IMG/VR virus record: IMGVR_UViG_3300017971_000275
Location: 1 to 64,000 of that record
Direction: 5' to 3' (one strand)
DNA: 64,000 nucleotides
Origin: a virus
Below the pieces are notes generated by a model that searched no databases, was not told the origin of the DNA, and saw only the letters and a program-made list of their open reading frames with translations. Shown piece after piece: positions 9,636 through 19,784 of this stretch. Within the stretch, counting starts at the first letter, position 1, and each line of letters begins with the position of its first letter. Position numbers and translations under genes: made by a program.

Positions 9636-10868
9636 ATGGGGCATCGCAGGGCCAGCCAATCCTCCCTCTTTACGCAGACAGGTGAACCACAGGAGATCAA
9701 GATGTCGAGTGACTTACCGCCGCCCCCTTCGCAGGTGTGGCTTGTTTCAAGGCTTGCGAAAGCAACGCTTGAGGGACGCATCCGTGTCATCGCCGCTTCC
9801 AGCATCACACCAGATGAGCTGGAGGCTATAGATGGGATGGAGTATGCGCTGCGTGAGGTAGAGGGAACCCCTTCCACATCCTCCACACCGAAAGAGTCCC
9901 AGCCGGCCTTTAGGGCGCCCACAGAGGAAGATCTTCTGCCACTCAAGGAGATCCTCTTCCGTATGCCTGAGGCGCAGGACGTACCTGGTGTAGGCATCGT
10001 GAACCGTACGGTACAGCTCATCCGACGTCTGAAAGAACGGGCAGACCAGGACAGTGTAACGGAGAAGAACCTGCACGAAGCCATCGAGCGTAGCGAGCAG
10101 GAGAACGTTAAGTTGCGCACAGAAAATGCTGACCTGCGGAAGAAGCTCGATGGGATTACTACCAACGAGGCGCCGCAAGACGGTGACGGCGGTGTCCTCT
10201 CAAACGAGGAGGCACAGCATGTGTGCGCACTGTGCCGTTGTGAGGCACCTCCTTATAGAGTAGATCGTGTGCCTAACAATGCTGTGGCGTGTTCAAACCA
10301 CGATTGCTCTCTTAGCCACATCGCTATCTCCATGGATGGCTGGATCGAGCTTCAATCTACATTATCTGAAACTTTCAGTCGCTTCGAGAAGCTGTTGGAT
10401 GAGCGTTTCATGGGAGAAGACAGGAAACAGAAGGAGGTCATCGAGCTAAAAGGAGAGCTAACAGATACGCAGAAGAGGCTGACTATTTGGAAGGAAGCTG
10501 CTACTGGACAAGTAGCCAGCGATGATCTTGCTAAGGTGGTTAGCGAGCTCTCCAGGCTTAGCAACAAAGTCGACTCCTTCGGGGAGCAGCTGCAGGTGGT
10601 GGCGCACTTCTCCACACAAGCGTCAGAGGGGGCTCCAGAGCTCACCATTCGGGAGCGGCTCAACTTGCGCTTACGTGCGGTGAGCGAGATCGACTACAGC
10701 GAGCATTCCTCTGAGCACGCCGCTTTCCTCCAGACGCAGAATGCCATGCGGATGCAGGAGCTGGAGATGCTCGTTGAGCTTGCTGAGTATTTCGAGGGAG
10801 GTGGAGATTCGCCAGAGTTGCAGAATATCCGACACCAAATGGAAAAGCTCCTCTTGCAGCCTTTTTGA
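9636..10868 (+). CDS. coiled-coil hypothetical protein with an internal Cys/His cluster
   Basis: Long ORF; the start may be MSSDL (9702), which follows AGGAG. Confidence 0.7.
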   Translation: MGHRRASQSSLFTQTGEPQEIKMSSDLPPPPSQVWLVSRLAKATLEGRIRVIAASSITPDELEAIDGMEYALREVEGTPSTSSTPKESQPAFRAPTEEDLLPLKEILFRMPEAQDVPGVGIVNRTVQLIRRLKERADQDSVTEKNLHEAIERSEQENVKLRTENADLRKKLDGITTNEAPQDGDGGVLSNEEAQHVCALCRCEAPPYRVDRVPNNAVACSNHDCSLSHIAISMDGWIELQSTLSETFSRFEKLLDERFMGEDRKQKEVIELKGELTDTQKRLTIWKEAATGQVASDDLAKVVSELSRLSNKVDSFGEQLQVVAHFSTQASEGAPELTIRERLNLRLRAVSEIDYSEHSSEHAAFLQTQNAMRMQELEMLVELAEYFEGGGDSPELQNIRHQMEKLLLQPF

Positions 10869-10919
10869 CTCCCATCTTGTAAAATAATGCAAAGGCCAAA
10901 ACGTTGGTCATGGTGAAGT

Positions 10920-11249
10920 ATGTCCAGAAAAGCGAAGCCAAAGAAACCACTTAAGAAGAGTAAAACTTCGTCGGTGCAGATGGAGCGCACCAAGGCACAG
11001 CTGGCGGCTGTTTCCTCCGGCCTTGTGGACATGAATGTCGCATACCAAATCCTCGCTCGGGAGTTGGGCAACAACCTCGATCTGCTTCTAGGACATGCGG
11101 CCAATTTCGAAGAGTTCCGCACGCTGACCCTGGACTTCATGAACCTAATGAAGACACAAATAGCGGATATGCTCGATCGGGTAAATGCGTTGGAGGAGCG
11201 AGTAGGCGTAACGGAAAACACTGATCCATCAGTAGCATCGGATGAATGA
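10920..11249 (+). CDS. hypothetical protein
   Basis: First ORF of a coupled gene run. Confidence 0.65.
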   Translation: MSRKAKPKKPLKKSKTSSVQMERTKAQLAAVSSGLVDMNVAYQILARELGNNLDLLLGHAANFEEFRTLTLDFMNLMKTQIADMLDRVNALEERVGVTENTDPSVASDE

Positions 11250-11485
11250 GGCTGATCTCCATCATTGTGATGTCGATCCTCGGAGGACTTGTCCTAGGAA
11301 TGTCCTTGTTCATCTATGCCGCGCACAGGCTTAGGATTAGTCCCTGGTTCTATCCCCCTCGATGGTTTTTCCTGGCGCTGGTCTTTCTTGTGGTGGGTGT
11401 GGCTTTGGAGATATGGCTAGCATGCCGGGCACGTCGAATCCGTAAAGATGAGGATACAGGAGATGACAGACGAGCAGCAACCTGA
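11246..11485 (+). CDS. small two-TM membrane protein
   Basis: Two hydrophobic segments; ATGA overlap. Confidence 0.65.
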   Translation: MRLISIIVMSILGGLVLGMSLFIYAAHRLRISPWFYPPRWFFLALVFLVVGVALEIWLACRARRIRKDEDTGDDRRAAT

Positions 11486-12167
11486 CAGCGATCAACAAGA
11501 GGCTCTCTTGGGTGAGCTCTCTTTGGGCGCGCTAAGCTTTTATTTCCCCAACTGGAAAGAGGCCCCAGTAACCGCGCTCTATCTTCTTATGGAAGAATCT
11601 TTCGATGAGGCGTTGGCGTGGGCTTACAAGTGCTACAACGAGCGTGAAATCCATTTATGGGAACGGCAAGTAGAGCGCAATAAAAAGCTGATGGCTGCCA
11701 TGGCACGTGGTGCTCAGGAGCAAGAAGAGCAAACATCAACTATATATGAGGAGATGGGAAAATCCATTTATCTCCTGACTGGGATCGCTCTTGGTATAGG
11801 AGCACTTGTACGCGAAGTTCAGAAGCTACCTGATAAGGAAATCGTTAGTGCGGTGGAGAACTCCATTTCAGAGGCGGACCTAGCGGCCGAGATGGGCCCA
11901 CATGCACCAGATTGGGCCGACCTTTCGTTTACGTGGGGGCTTATTACTGTCCGCACATATATCCGTGGACTAGAGGAACTTCTTCTGACTTGGGAGGGTG
12001 GCTGTTGCTTTAGTGTGGACGATGAGCTCGTACACGAGATTGTGGTAAGGTGCATGTTGATCAGCAACTTACTGATGTATATTCAACTTAATGTAGTGTT
12101 GGCGGAAAACCCTGAAATGGAAAAAGAGTTGCAGCATTTAGTGGACTCTGCATCTGGAGAATCCTAG
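11448..12167 (+). CDS. acidic helical hypothetical protein
   Basis: ORF in operon. Confidence 0.7.
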   Translation: MRIQEMTDEQQPDSDQQEALLGELSLGALSFYFPNWKEAPVTALYLLMEESFDEALAWAYKCYNEREIHLWERQVERNKKLMAAMARGAQEQEEQTSTIYEEMGKSIYLLTGIALGIGALVREVQKLPDKEIVSAVENSISEADLAAEMGPHAPDWADLSFTWGLITVRTYIRGLEELLLTWEGGCCFSVDDELVHEIVVRCMLISNLLMYIQLNVVLAENPEMEKELQHLVDSASGES

Positions 12168-12186
12168 TTCTTCTATAGAAGAAACA

Positions 12187-12444
12187 ATGTCAAAAGAACA
12201 GGAAAGTCAGATGGGCAAGAAAAATTTGTCTCAAGAAGCAGCGTCCTTACCTTCTACAGTTGGGCAGCTCGTCGAGCGGAACGTTGAGGAAGTGCTGGCC
12301 CAGTTTCAGAAAAACCCAAACACCATTTTGGTTTCGGTCCAAATCGAAGACGAACAAGAAGCACACCTGCGTAGCGGCCTAAATAAACGGTCGCGGCGAT
12401 TGATACCCATTACTGTGCTAGCTAAGATGTTGACGGACCTTTGA
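12187..12444 (+). CDS. hypothetical protein
   Basis: ORF in operon. Confidence 0.6.
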   Translation: MSKEQESQMGKKNLSQEAASLPSTVGQLVERNVEEVLAQFQKNPNTILVSVQIEDEQEAHLRSGLNKRSRRLIPITVLAKMLTDL

Positions 12445-12456
12445 ACAAGATAGCGA

Positions 12457-12750
12457 ATGCGCTTTCCCACTAAGATCCGTGCTGTCTACATACTGGCCGC
12501 GCTCACCTGTGGATCGGTTAACGGGATTATTGCGTACCAAGAAAGGCACCCTGCTGAAAGTGGGGAGCCTCTTCAAATGAGGCCGGAGGAGCCTCCTGTT
12601 TACACCGTAAAGGGGACCGAGAAGAAAACGGATTTTTTGACGTACCTACGCAAGAACTTTAAAAAGATAAGGCGTAAGTACAACACGTTCATCACGAAGC
12701 TTGAATTGTATCAGCAGCTGCGCAAGCTAGAGGAAACCCAAAATGAGTAA
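12457..12750 (+). CDS. hypothetical protein with N-terminal hydrophobic segment
   Basis: ORF in operon. Confidence 0.6.
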   Translation: MRFPTKIRAVYILAALTCGSVNGIIAYQERHPAESGEPLQMRPEEPPVYTVKGTEKKTDFLTYLRKNFKKIRRKYNTFITKLELYQQLRKLEETQNE

Positions 12751-13102
12751 AATACCCCAAGCTGCCAATTCCCTTGGACAGGATTACATGCGCCGAGTTG
12801 CGGAAGACTGGCCAAAGCTTCCTCACGCCCAGGAAATTATCGAGCACTTGCCTGAGGAAGTGGACCTCATGCTGCGTAAACAATCAGATGAGTTTCTTCG
12901 TGGGTTTGCGAATGCTATTACCTTAACACACGACTTGGGCATCAAAGCTCTTCTCCACGAGATGATTGCTCGAACCGGGGGTGTCGCCGCAGACCCACGT
13001 GACGTGCTGCTTACTAAAGTAGGGAGCATTGTAGAAGGATGCTGCTACCTTGCCTGCAAAGAGTTTATGGGAAGGAAGGATCAAGAAAAGGGGCAGTCAT
13101 GA
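12743..13102 (+). CDS. hypothetical protein (paralog of next gene)
   Basis: GAGG RBS; DEFLRGFANA...EGCCYLAC. Confidence 0.65.
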   Translation: MSKIPQAANSLGQDYMRRVAEDWPKLPHAQEIIEHLPEEVDLMLRKQSDEFLRGFANAITLTHDLGIKALLHEMIARTGGVAADPRDVLLTKVGSIVEGCCYLACKEFMGRKDQEKGQS

Positions 13103-13560
13103 ACTACAGCCACATATTTGATAGGCATCCACTAGATTCAGCGGAAGAGGAGGAAGAGGATGCCTTACTGGAACCATTGGACATTACATACGCTCAAGCT
13201 ATAGTGGCCAACGCGAAAGAGCTTGAGCGGGTGCAGCTAAGCTTGGAGCTTCTGCCCAAACCATTGCTCAATATGTTGGACGAGGAGACAGACGCAGTTC
13301 TTTATGGAGTTGCCACCGCGGTGGAAGCTCTTCACGAGCTGGCGGGTAATGCCGTTCGAATAGAAGCTAGCAACGTCATTGCCGACGAAGAACTGGCGAA
13401 GAATATGCCGGCGCAGATCATGGCTAGAGAAAGCGGCCAATTTGTGGCTTTGATGGAAGCACTTGGGTACTACGCCTGTAATATCCTCGTGGAGAGGCAC
13501 AAAGCAGATTTACTAGCTAAGGAGTTGGCATCAGATGACGAGTTCTCAGAAATCGTTTGA
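13099..13560 (+). CDS. hypothetical protein (paralog of previous gene)
   Basis: Start at MNYSH via ATGA overlap; DAVLYGVATA...EALGYYAC. Confidence 0.65.
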   Translation: MNYSHIFDRHPLDSAEEEEEDALLEPLDITYAQAIVANAKELERVQLSLELLPKPLLNMLDEETDAVLYGVATAVEALHELAGNAVRIEASNVIADEELAKNMPAQIMARESGQFVALMEALGYYACNILVERHKADLLAKELASDDEFSEIV

Positions 13561-14128
13561 TTTGGAAGCGCGCTTCATTAAAAGATACTCTCCGGCCAAA
13601 TTCACGGCACTCCTTAGTGTATCAGTTCCCCTCCAAAGAATGGTCACGGCTGCCCTACGTAAAAACGTTCAACAACTTCTCGAAGAGGTATCCGCAAAAG
13701 AGGGCTCGGTGGAGGCAACCATCTCACTCCACACAAAAGCTATTGAACGGTTTTTATTAACCGGTCCCACTGATAGAGCGTTGCATCGTGCTTTATATCA
13801 GCAAAGCCAGTTCTTTGGCCGAGAATGGTATGCCCTCACGTACAAGGAAGAAGATGGTAGGAGCCGCTTTAAACTTGCACAAGCAGAAGGAGCTGCTCGG
13901 GCCGTGCGTCTGGTGAGCAATAAAACTCTTACGCCTATCGACGAGTATGTACTATTGCATATGATGCCGTACATTCTCTTGCGCTGGCGTGAGGAATCTG
14001 CACAAAACGAGGTGTCTGGTATTATGGAGGCACTCGGCGCAATAGTGTCCAGCAAGGTGGCAGGGATCGAGAAAACTATGCAAACAGATGAGCTAGAGAA
14101 GCTACAGGAAACGGTCTTCGACTCATGA
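13535..14128 (+). CDS. hypothetical protein
   Basis: ORF in operon. Confidence 0.65.
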   Translation: MTSSQKSFDLEARFIKRYSPAKFTALLSVSVPLQRMVTAALRKNVQQLLEEVSAKEGSVEATISLHTKAIERFLLTGPTDRALHRALYQQSQFFGREWYALTYKEEDGRSRFKLAQAEGAARAVRLVSNKTLTPIDEYVLLHMMPYILLRWREESAQNEVSGIMEALGAIVSSKVAGIEKTMQTDELEKLQETVFDS

Positions 14129-14784
14129 CAAAATCAGATGATTCCGCCAGCAAGATTATTCGGCGTGACTGGGAGAACCGCCTGGCCTTCTTGAATGGTG
14201 AGCTTCCAGAAGAAGATTCAGAGGAATACGATGACCTCGAAGAAGCCGCCCAGGATGCGGTAACGAGACTGCGGATGGGTGGAGCTCGTATCCTCGATGC
14301 TGGCGGCCGTCCCGCGCGAAGGCAGCGTAAGAAAAAAGCCAAGAAACCCAAGAATGATTTAGACCCCAGCAACTCCTTCGCTAAACGATCAGCCACCGCA
14401 CGGGCAAATAGGTACCTGGAAAAAGAACTAAGTGCAGCTAAGAGGCGGATTGCTATTCGATTGAGCAATGACGCTAGTCGAGTGATGAGGAGGCGCAAAA
14501 GCGAAGTTGCACCTGATGACCTTGCGTTGGTAGAAGCGCTTCTGTGCAAAAGCACTCTGCTCATGCTGGAAGCTGGATTCAAAAAAGACGCAGCATCACA
14601 GAGACTGCTCATTGCTAGCTGGTTGAATGATTACGCAGAACCAGGTCAACTGCCCCGGGCGCTCCGTTTAGTAGAAAGTGCACAGGAGATACTTGGTGCA
14701 CAAGAACGAATCAAAGATCTGAAGCGTGACATAAGGCTTCGCATTAGTGTGGAGCGTGAGAAGAGCTCAGAAAAGGACGTCTAG
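14125..14784 (+). CDS. hypothetical protein
   Basis: ATGA overlap. Confidence 0.65.
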   Translation: MTKSDDSASKIIRRDWENRLAFLNGELPEEDSEEYDDLEEAAQDAVTRLRMGGARILDAGGRPARRQRKKKAKKPKNDLDPSNSFAKRSATARANRYLEKELSAAKRRIAIRLSNDASRVMRRRKSEVAPDDLALVEALLCKSTLLMLEAGFKKDAASQRLLIASWLNDYAEPGQLPRALRLVESAQEILGAQERIKDLKRDIRLRISVEREKSSEKDV

Positions 14785-14833
14785 TTTTACGCTGTCCCGG
14801 GAATTGTAAAAAATAGGTAGGAGGAAATCCTTT

Positions 14834-15274
14834 ATGCAAAGACACCGTGGAATTGATCATCGTACCATGTCTCCTAACTCCTCTCCTAAGAAAAGAGGAG
14901 CTGGATCCCCTATTAAACGGGGGGAGTCACGTCTACCAAAAATGGATTTGAGCGCACTCAACCTAAAAAAATGGAAAGCGATAATCACTGAATCCACTAA
15001 GGAATCGGTGTTGACCGCGACGCGTGAGCGTGTGCTGCCTGTGGTAGAGATATCCAATCAGCTGATGGCCCACACAAATGTACAGGTGGCAGCCATCACT
15101 GCTATGATGCGCGCCGATAATCCACCAGACAGTGTTGGGGAGCTTACAAAAAGACTCGGACCTGTTATCGCGCTCAAGGAAGTCCTTGACATCCACATCT
15201 CTCAACAGTGTGAGAACATCCTGGACGAGCTGGAGCAGAGCATAGAACCCGGTCAAAAGGAAGAAGATGCTTGA
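14834..15274 (+). CDS. hypothetical protein
   Basis: AGGAGG RBS. Confidence 0.65.
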   Translation: MQRHRGIDHRTMSPNSSPKKRGAGSPIKRGESRLPKMDLSALNLKKWKAIITESTKESVLTATRERVLPVVEISNQLMAHTNVQVAAITAMMRADNPPDSVGELTKRLGPVIALKEVLDIHISQQCENILDELEQSIEPGQKEEDA

Positions 15275-15902
15275 TAGGGGCTACTTAATAGCCTTGGAAG
15301 GCATCGACGGCTCTGGTACTACTACCCAAGTAAGTCGTGTAGGAAGGAGGCTATCTCAGGAAGGCTACCGCGTCCTTGCTACCGCAGAGCCATCTACTTA
15401 CCCAATAGGTAGGTTATTACGGGAGTACTTGGGGGAGGAGCATGCGCTCCCAGGATCGGAGCTAACTCCCATAATGATGTCTCTGCTTTTCACTGCGGAT
15501 CGAGTGGAACACTACGCACACGAGCTTCTGCCTGCCATGCGCGCGAACAAAATCGTTTTGTGTGACAGGTACATGTTATCCACATCCGCATACCAAACGA
15601 ATAACCTGGACCGCTATCAATGGATTTGCGAGCTCAGCAGATATGTGCAGGAACCAGACCTCTCCATTTTGCTACAGATCGATCCGCGTGTGGCGGCTGA
15701 ACGGCTGCAATACAGAAAAAGACAGAAGGAATTCTACGAAGAATTCCACATACAACAATCAGTGGCGATGAATTATGAACGTCTGCTGAATTTATTACCA
15801 GAGAAAAGCATGGTTGCGGTGAACGCGGATCGAGACGAAGCGCTTATTACCGACGACGTCTGTGCTATAATTAAGAAATTGGTGAATGGTCAACATGTTT
15901 AA
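15267..15902 (+). CDS. tmk: thymidylate kinase
   Basis: LEGIDGSGTTT P-loop, AEPS, LFTADR, LCDRY, PDL. Confidence 0.92.
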   Translation: MLDRGYLIALEGIDGSGTTTQVSRVGRRLSQEGYRVLATAEPSTYPIGRLLREYLGEEHALPGSELTPIMMSLLFTADRVEHYAHELLPAMRANKIVLCDRYMLSTSAYQTNNLDRYQWICELSRYVQEPDLSILLQIDPRVAAERLQYRKRQKEFYEEFHIQQSVAMNYERLLNLLPEKSMVAVNADRDEALITDDVCAIIKKLVNGQHV

Positions 15903-16536
15903 GAAACTACTCAGATTACTGTCTGCGGCGGAGGAAATCCTCTTTGGAGAGGAAGAGGAGAACAACCGATCAGAAGGCAAGGAACCAGAAAGCGCAGGCG
16001 CCGCGCCTAAGCAAGACAATGTTTTAATGCATCCGCGGTATTGGGTTGTATCCAATTACGACAGAGTAGATTTTCAGAAAAACCCGACCATGAAAACCAT
16101 GGCGCAACGCGGTCTCAAAAATGGAGAGATCGCCAACATCGATGAAAAGATATATAAGCTATCAGTGAGCGCCCTTTTCGATACTTTGGTAAAGCACTTC
16201 AAACAGGAGCTGCCACGGGACCACGGAAAATGGACCATTCAAATAGAAGACAATCACATCCTCATTAATGTGCAGCTGGAGCGTATGGACGCTTGGACAG
16301 ATATGACTAGAGCTTGGTCTACAGCCAAAGAAAACGTGGGGATTCAGGGTGTGATAATGCCAGATTCACAGGAGTCGTGGGATCGTGTTGAGCTGCAAGC
16401 CAACATAAAGATACCTATTGCAAACATTCAACTAAACGGAGAGTCCCCACTCATCTGGAATTTATTGCAAAGCAACAGAGAAAGACCTATAGTGTGGGAC
16501 GGGGCCTTGTGGATACCCAAACTGAAATCCGAGTAA
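15886..16536 (+). CDS. hypothetical protein
   Basis: ORF in operon. Confidence 0.65.
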   Translation: MVNMFKKLLRLLSAAEEILFGEEEENNRSEGKEPESAGAAPKQDNVLMHPRYWVVSNYDRVDFQKNPTMKTMAQRGLKNGEIANIDEKIYKLSVSALFDTLVKHFKQELPRDHGKWTIQIEDNHILINVQLERMDAWTDMTRAWSTAKENVGIQGVIMPDSQESWDRVELQANIKIPIANIQLNGESPLIWNLLQSNRERPIVWDGALWIPKLKSE

Positions 16537-16555
16537 TTTCTCGCGAGGAGTTACT

Positions 16556-17908
16556 TTGAGGAGCTGCAATTTGATTAAGGCATCTTTCGAACGCATTCGC
16601 GAAAACGCGGAGTGCGACCCCCAACGTGCGTTCTACGCAGAAATCGCCGTTCAGTGCATAGACGCTTTTGACGGTGCCTGCCAAGCGAGCAATTGGGACG
16701 TAGGAGTAGAGAAGCTTCTAGCCATGGCGACCGATCCTCCCAGCGGACTACCAGAAGCCGAGGAGGAAGGCTACGCTATGTTTGTGCACCAAACCATGAA
16801 AATAGGCGACTGCCATGGGATGGCGCACGAAGATCCTATAGGAGCTAATGCGGTCATTGGGGGTGCCCTCGGGCTGTACAGAAAACTGATTGTGGAGCGC
16901 AGACGCCAGGAGCTCCTGCCACACGCGCTTGATCTTATGTTGCTGCAAGGCGTAGCGTATATGGTAGCGGGCGTCCGCGACATCGCACGCATGCAGTTTT
17001 TGTCCATCATCGACCTGACTGCCTCAGAAGCCAGCGCACAAGATAGGCCAACAGACATGAGCCTGCCTGCTGACGTGGTGAACTCTCTGCAAGATGAGGT
17101 TGTGCTACGCGCGGCCCCGTCCGCATTTATGCTGGCGGAGATCTTCAGGGAGGAGGACGATAATGAACGCGCTGAGTCTTCTATGGAGCTAGCGCACATG
17201 TTCTTCGCCGCAGCTTTGGCAAAAGGAGATGAAGGCTTCATAGGCAGCAAGGTGGACTTGATTACCGCAAAGCTAGCCCAGTCGGAGCTGCTTACGCAAA
17301 AAGACGGCTACTGGACTGGGGCAGATGCTCTAGACGACGTCATAGCACTGGTCGAGGCAGACCTAGACGAGAACGATCCATACCCAGCCTACTGCTTTCT
17401 GATTTCTGTGGTGATGCAACGGAGAGCACAGCTATTCGCCATGGATGGAACGTGGGACCCAGCAACGTATTTCTACGAAAGGGCATGTCGTTACGCAGTT
17501 GACGCCATTAGGGACAATCCCACCAACACGCATTACCTGGATCACTATACGGATCTGCTGAACGAACTTGGGATTTTTTACGGCGTGCGCGAAAATCCCA
17601 TTAAAGCGCAAGGTGTATTTCTGACCGCGATAGAGAAGAAGCGCGAGCTCGTGGAGAGGTCCAAAAAGTATGAGATGGGCCTCGCAACCTGCATCAATAA
17701 TTTGAGCACACTGATGCGAACCTTTGGAAAACCAGAAGTCGCCCTTCCTTATCTGGAGGAAGCGGCTTCCATGCTGGATGCCTCAGAGGAAGTAGAAACG
17801 GAGGGCATCAGAACGTTCAAAGCGGCGGTAACCAAAGACCTTGAGCACCTGCGTGCGCAAGTAGCGCGGAAGAACAAACGCGTTTCGAGAAGCAGCCAGT
17901 CAAATTAA
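16556..17908 (+). CDS. TPR-repeat protein
   Basis: LNELGIFY...A...F..AIE and INNLSTL...G....A..YLEEA TPR-like helices; start uncertain. Confidence 0.7.
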   Translation: MRSCNLIKASFERIRENAECDPQRAFYAEIAVQCIDAFDGACQASNWDVGVEKLLAMATDPPSGLPEAEEEGYAMFVHQTMKIGDCHGMAHEDPIGANAVIGGALGLYRKLIVERRRQELLPHALDLMLLQGVAYMVAGVRDIARMQFLSIIDLTASEASAQDRPTDMSLPADVVNSLQDEVVLRAAPSAFMLAEIFREEDDNERAESSMELAHMFFAAALAKGDEGFIGSKVDLITAKLAQSELLTQKDGYWTGADALDDVIALVEADLDENDPYPAYCFLISVVMQRRAQLFAMDGTWDPATYFYERACRYAVDAIRDNPTNTHYLDHYTDLLNELGIFYGVRENPIKAQGVFLTAIEKKRELVERSKKYEMGLATCINNLSTLMRTFGKPEVALPYLEEAASMLDASEEVETEGIRTFKAAVTKDLEHLRAQVARKNKRVSRSSQSN

Positions 17909-17923
17909 AAGTCAGTCTCGATA

Positions 17924-17952
17924 TTGACAACGCAGCTTGGCCTGCTTAACCT
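17924..17952 (+). promoter_or_regulatory. sigma70-like promoter
   Basis: TTGACA-N17-TAACCT upstream of AGGAGG RBS. Confidence 0.6.
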
Positions 17953-17970
17953 TGAAGCAGGAGGTTTGCT

Positions 17971-18492
17971 ATGTGCAAACAAGCCAAAAAAGTTGCGGTA
18001 GGTCGATGCCGAGTCTGCGGGCTCCGCAAAGAACTCAGCCCCTACAGCGAATCTATCTGCGCGGACTGCCAAAGATGCCCCGACTGTGGGTCAGGGGAGC
18101 TCAAAGCTTTCTCTTACATTTGTGTGGTGGAGAGCCGTCGCAAGTTTGGAGTGCGCTGCAGCGACTGCCGCTCCGAGTGGCTGTCAGCAGAAGATCTCGA
18201 CAAAAAGGTTGCTACACAAGCACGTAGGGGGCCGGCGACCATCTGCAAGATCTGTGGCGGGGATGCCACCAAAAGAGATGATGACGAGTGGCAAGCATTC
18301 AATCACGTGAACCCACACCTGTGCAAAAGCTGTACGATATGCCCTGTCTGCGGAGGGGCGTCCTTCGGCGAAAACTTCGACAACGGAAATATCGAGTGTG
18401 TGGTTTGCGGAGAGGAATTCGCAGACTCACAGAACCTTGAACGCAGGCTTCTGATCAAGAAACGTCGGCTGGATCGTTTTTCCCGGCAGTAG
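17971..18492 (+). CDS. multi zinc-ribbon protein with internal duplication
   Basis: Eight CxxC pairs in two similar halves; AGGAGG RBS. Confidence 0.75.
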   Translation: MCKQAKKVAVGRCRVCGLRKELSPYSESICADCQRCPDCGSGELKAFSYICVVESRRKFGVRCSDCRSEWLSAEDLDKKVATQARRGPATICKICGGDATKRDDDEWQAFNHVNPHLCKSCTICPVCGGASFGENFDNGNIECVVCGEEFADSQNLERRLLIKKRRLDRFSRQ

Positions 18493-19516
18493 GTAAATCA
18501 GCTAGCTCTTGCATAGTCTCCACGATGTCTTCTGGTTTTGCCACCCCAGTGACCCCAGTCTCCGCATGCGCCACGGCATCCTGCTCAAAGTCAAATCCAA
18601 GCAACCGAAGCTTCTCGATGATCTCTCTGCGTTCACCAGGACTGACCGAGGCTAGCTCCGCTATAGAAAACGTTGGAGACTCGTGTGCCGTGCTGACGTT
18701 GCTGTGAGCGGCTAGCAGCTTTTGGATCACAACCCGGTCCTGCCGCGTGAGATGTAGCCCCTCCACTACATAATCGTTGAACGCTTCGTAGGTAACCGGA
18801 CACCAAGCCTTCACTATCTCTGCCATCACTTGTGCGTACTTCCTGATCTCCAGCTGCGCTCGCTCCGAATTCCTCAAGCTCAGAAAGTTGAGCAGGTTGC
18901 GTAGGTCTATCTTCCAGTACCACTGTGTGTAAGTGCTGAGTGGGAGATTAATGCGGCCCACCTCTCGCGCTAGACCTGCATTTATGTAGCTCTCGTAGCT
19001 CTGAAATACGTCGAGCGCTTCTGTCTTCATGGCTGCAAGCACACGCCCCATCTCCCCAGGAGACAGCGTCTCTGAGCTTCTACCCTGCTGGTTGGTTGTG
19101 CTCTGCAGATTCAAGTCCTGCTCCGCGGGTAGATAGAACTCATGCTCCATAATAGAATAGCGACCGCTCATTTCGTTGACAGATGCAGTACGGTGCCGGA
19201 TGAAATGCCGGGCTACGAAAATAGGTAGCTTGACATGAAATTTGATCTCGCACATCTCCAACGGAGACAGGTGTTGGTGCCTCACAAGGTAGCGAACCAA
19301 GTTTGCATCTGACTGCGCTTTTTTCGTCCCGGCTCCGTACGACACCCGAGCTGCTTGAACGATGGCTTCGTCTCCGCCCATGTAATCGACAACACGAACG
19401 AAGCCGCGGTCGAGCACGGAAAACTGCAATCCCAGAACTTCATCGAGCTCGGCGCTTCGGAATTTATCTAGCCGCTGCCCCGTTGGGTTCAGTTTGTCCA
19501 AGGTACTAGGAGCCAT
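18455..19516 (-). CDS. thyX: FAD-dependent thymidylate synthase
   Basis: AARVSY, HLSPLE and the RHRTASVNEMSGRYS ThyX signature. Confidence 0.96.
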   Translation of the reverse strand: MAPSTLDKLNPTGQRLDKFRSAELDEVLGLQFSVLDRGFVRVVDYMGGDEAIVQAARVSYGAGTKKAQSDANLVRYLVRHQHLSPLEMCEIKFHVKLPIFVARHFIRHRTASVNEMSGRYSIMEHEFYLPAEQDLNLQSTTNQQGRSSETLSPGEMGRVLAAMKTEALDVFQSYESYINAGLAREVGRINLPLSTYTQWYWKIDLRNLLNFLSLRNSERAQLEIRKYAQVMAEIVKAWCPVTYEAFNDYVVEGLHLTRQDRVVIQKLLAAHSNVSTAHESPTFSIAELASVSPGERREIIEKLRLLGFDFEQDAVAHAETGVTGVAKPEDIVETMQELADLPTAGKNDPADVS

Positions 19517-19784
19517 CTACAACCTCCTGTTTTCTTCTTGGTAGCACCCACCTGCCCACGGAAGCAGTGCCATCCTCATGAAAACTGATTTTGCGTTTAC
19601 GCTCGCACCTGACGCATTGCATACGTGTACGGCTGTCAGTGAACTTGAATATGGAGTGGTCGCAGGCCGCTTTCCGCTGGCTGCGCTTCCTACGGGTCTT
19701 TGGCTTCGTGGGCGATTCGTTCTCCGTGCTGCGTGTAGCCGGGGCAGGCGTAGCTTTCTTACTTGGATTTCTTCTTGTCGGCAT
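19506..19784 (-). CDS. small basic protein with Cys/His motif
   Basis: CDH...CVRC; coupled overlaps. Confidence 0.55.
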   Translation of the reverse strand: MPTRRNPSKKATPAPATRSTENESPTKPKTRRKRSQRKAACDHSIFKFTDSRTRMQCVRCERKRKISFHEDGTASVGRWVLPRRKQEVVDGS

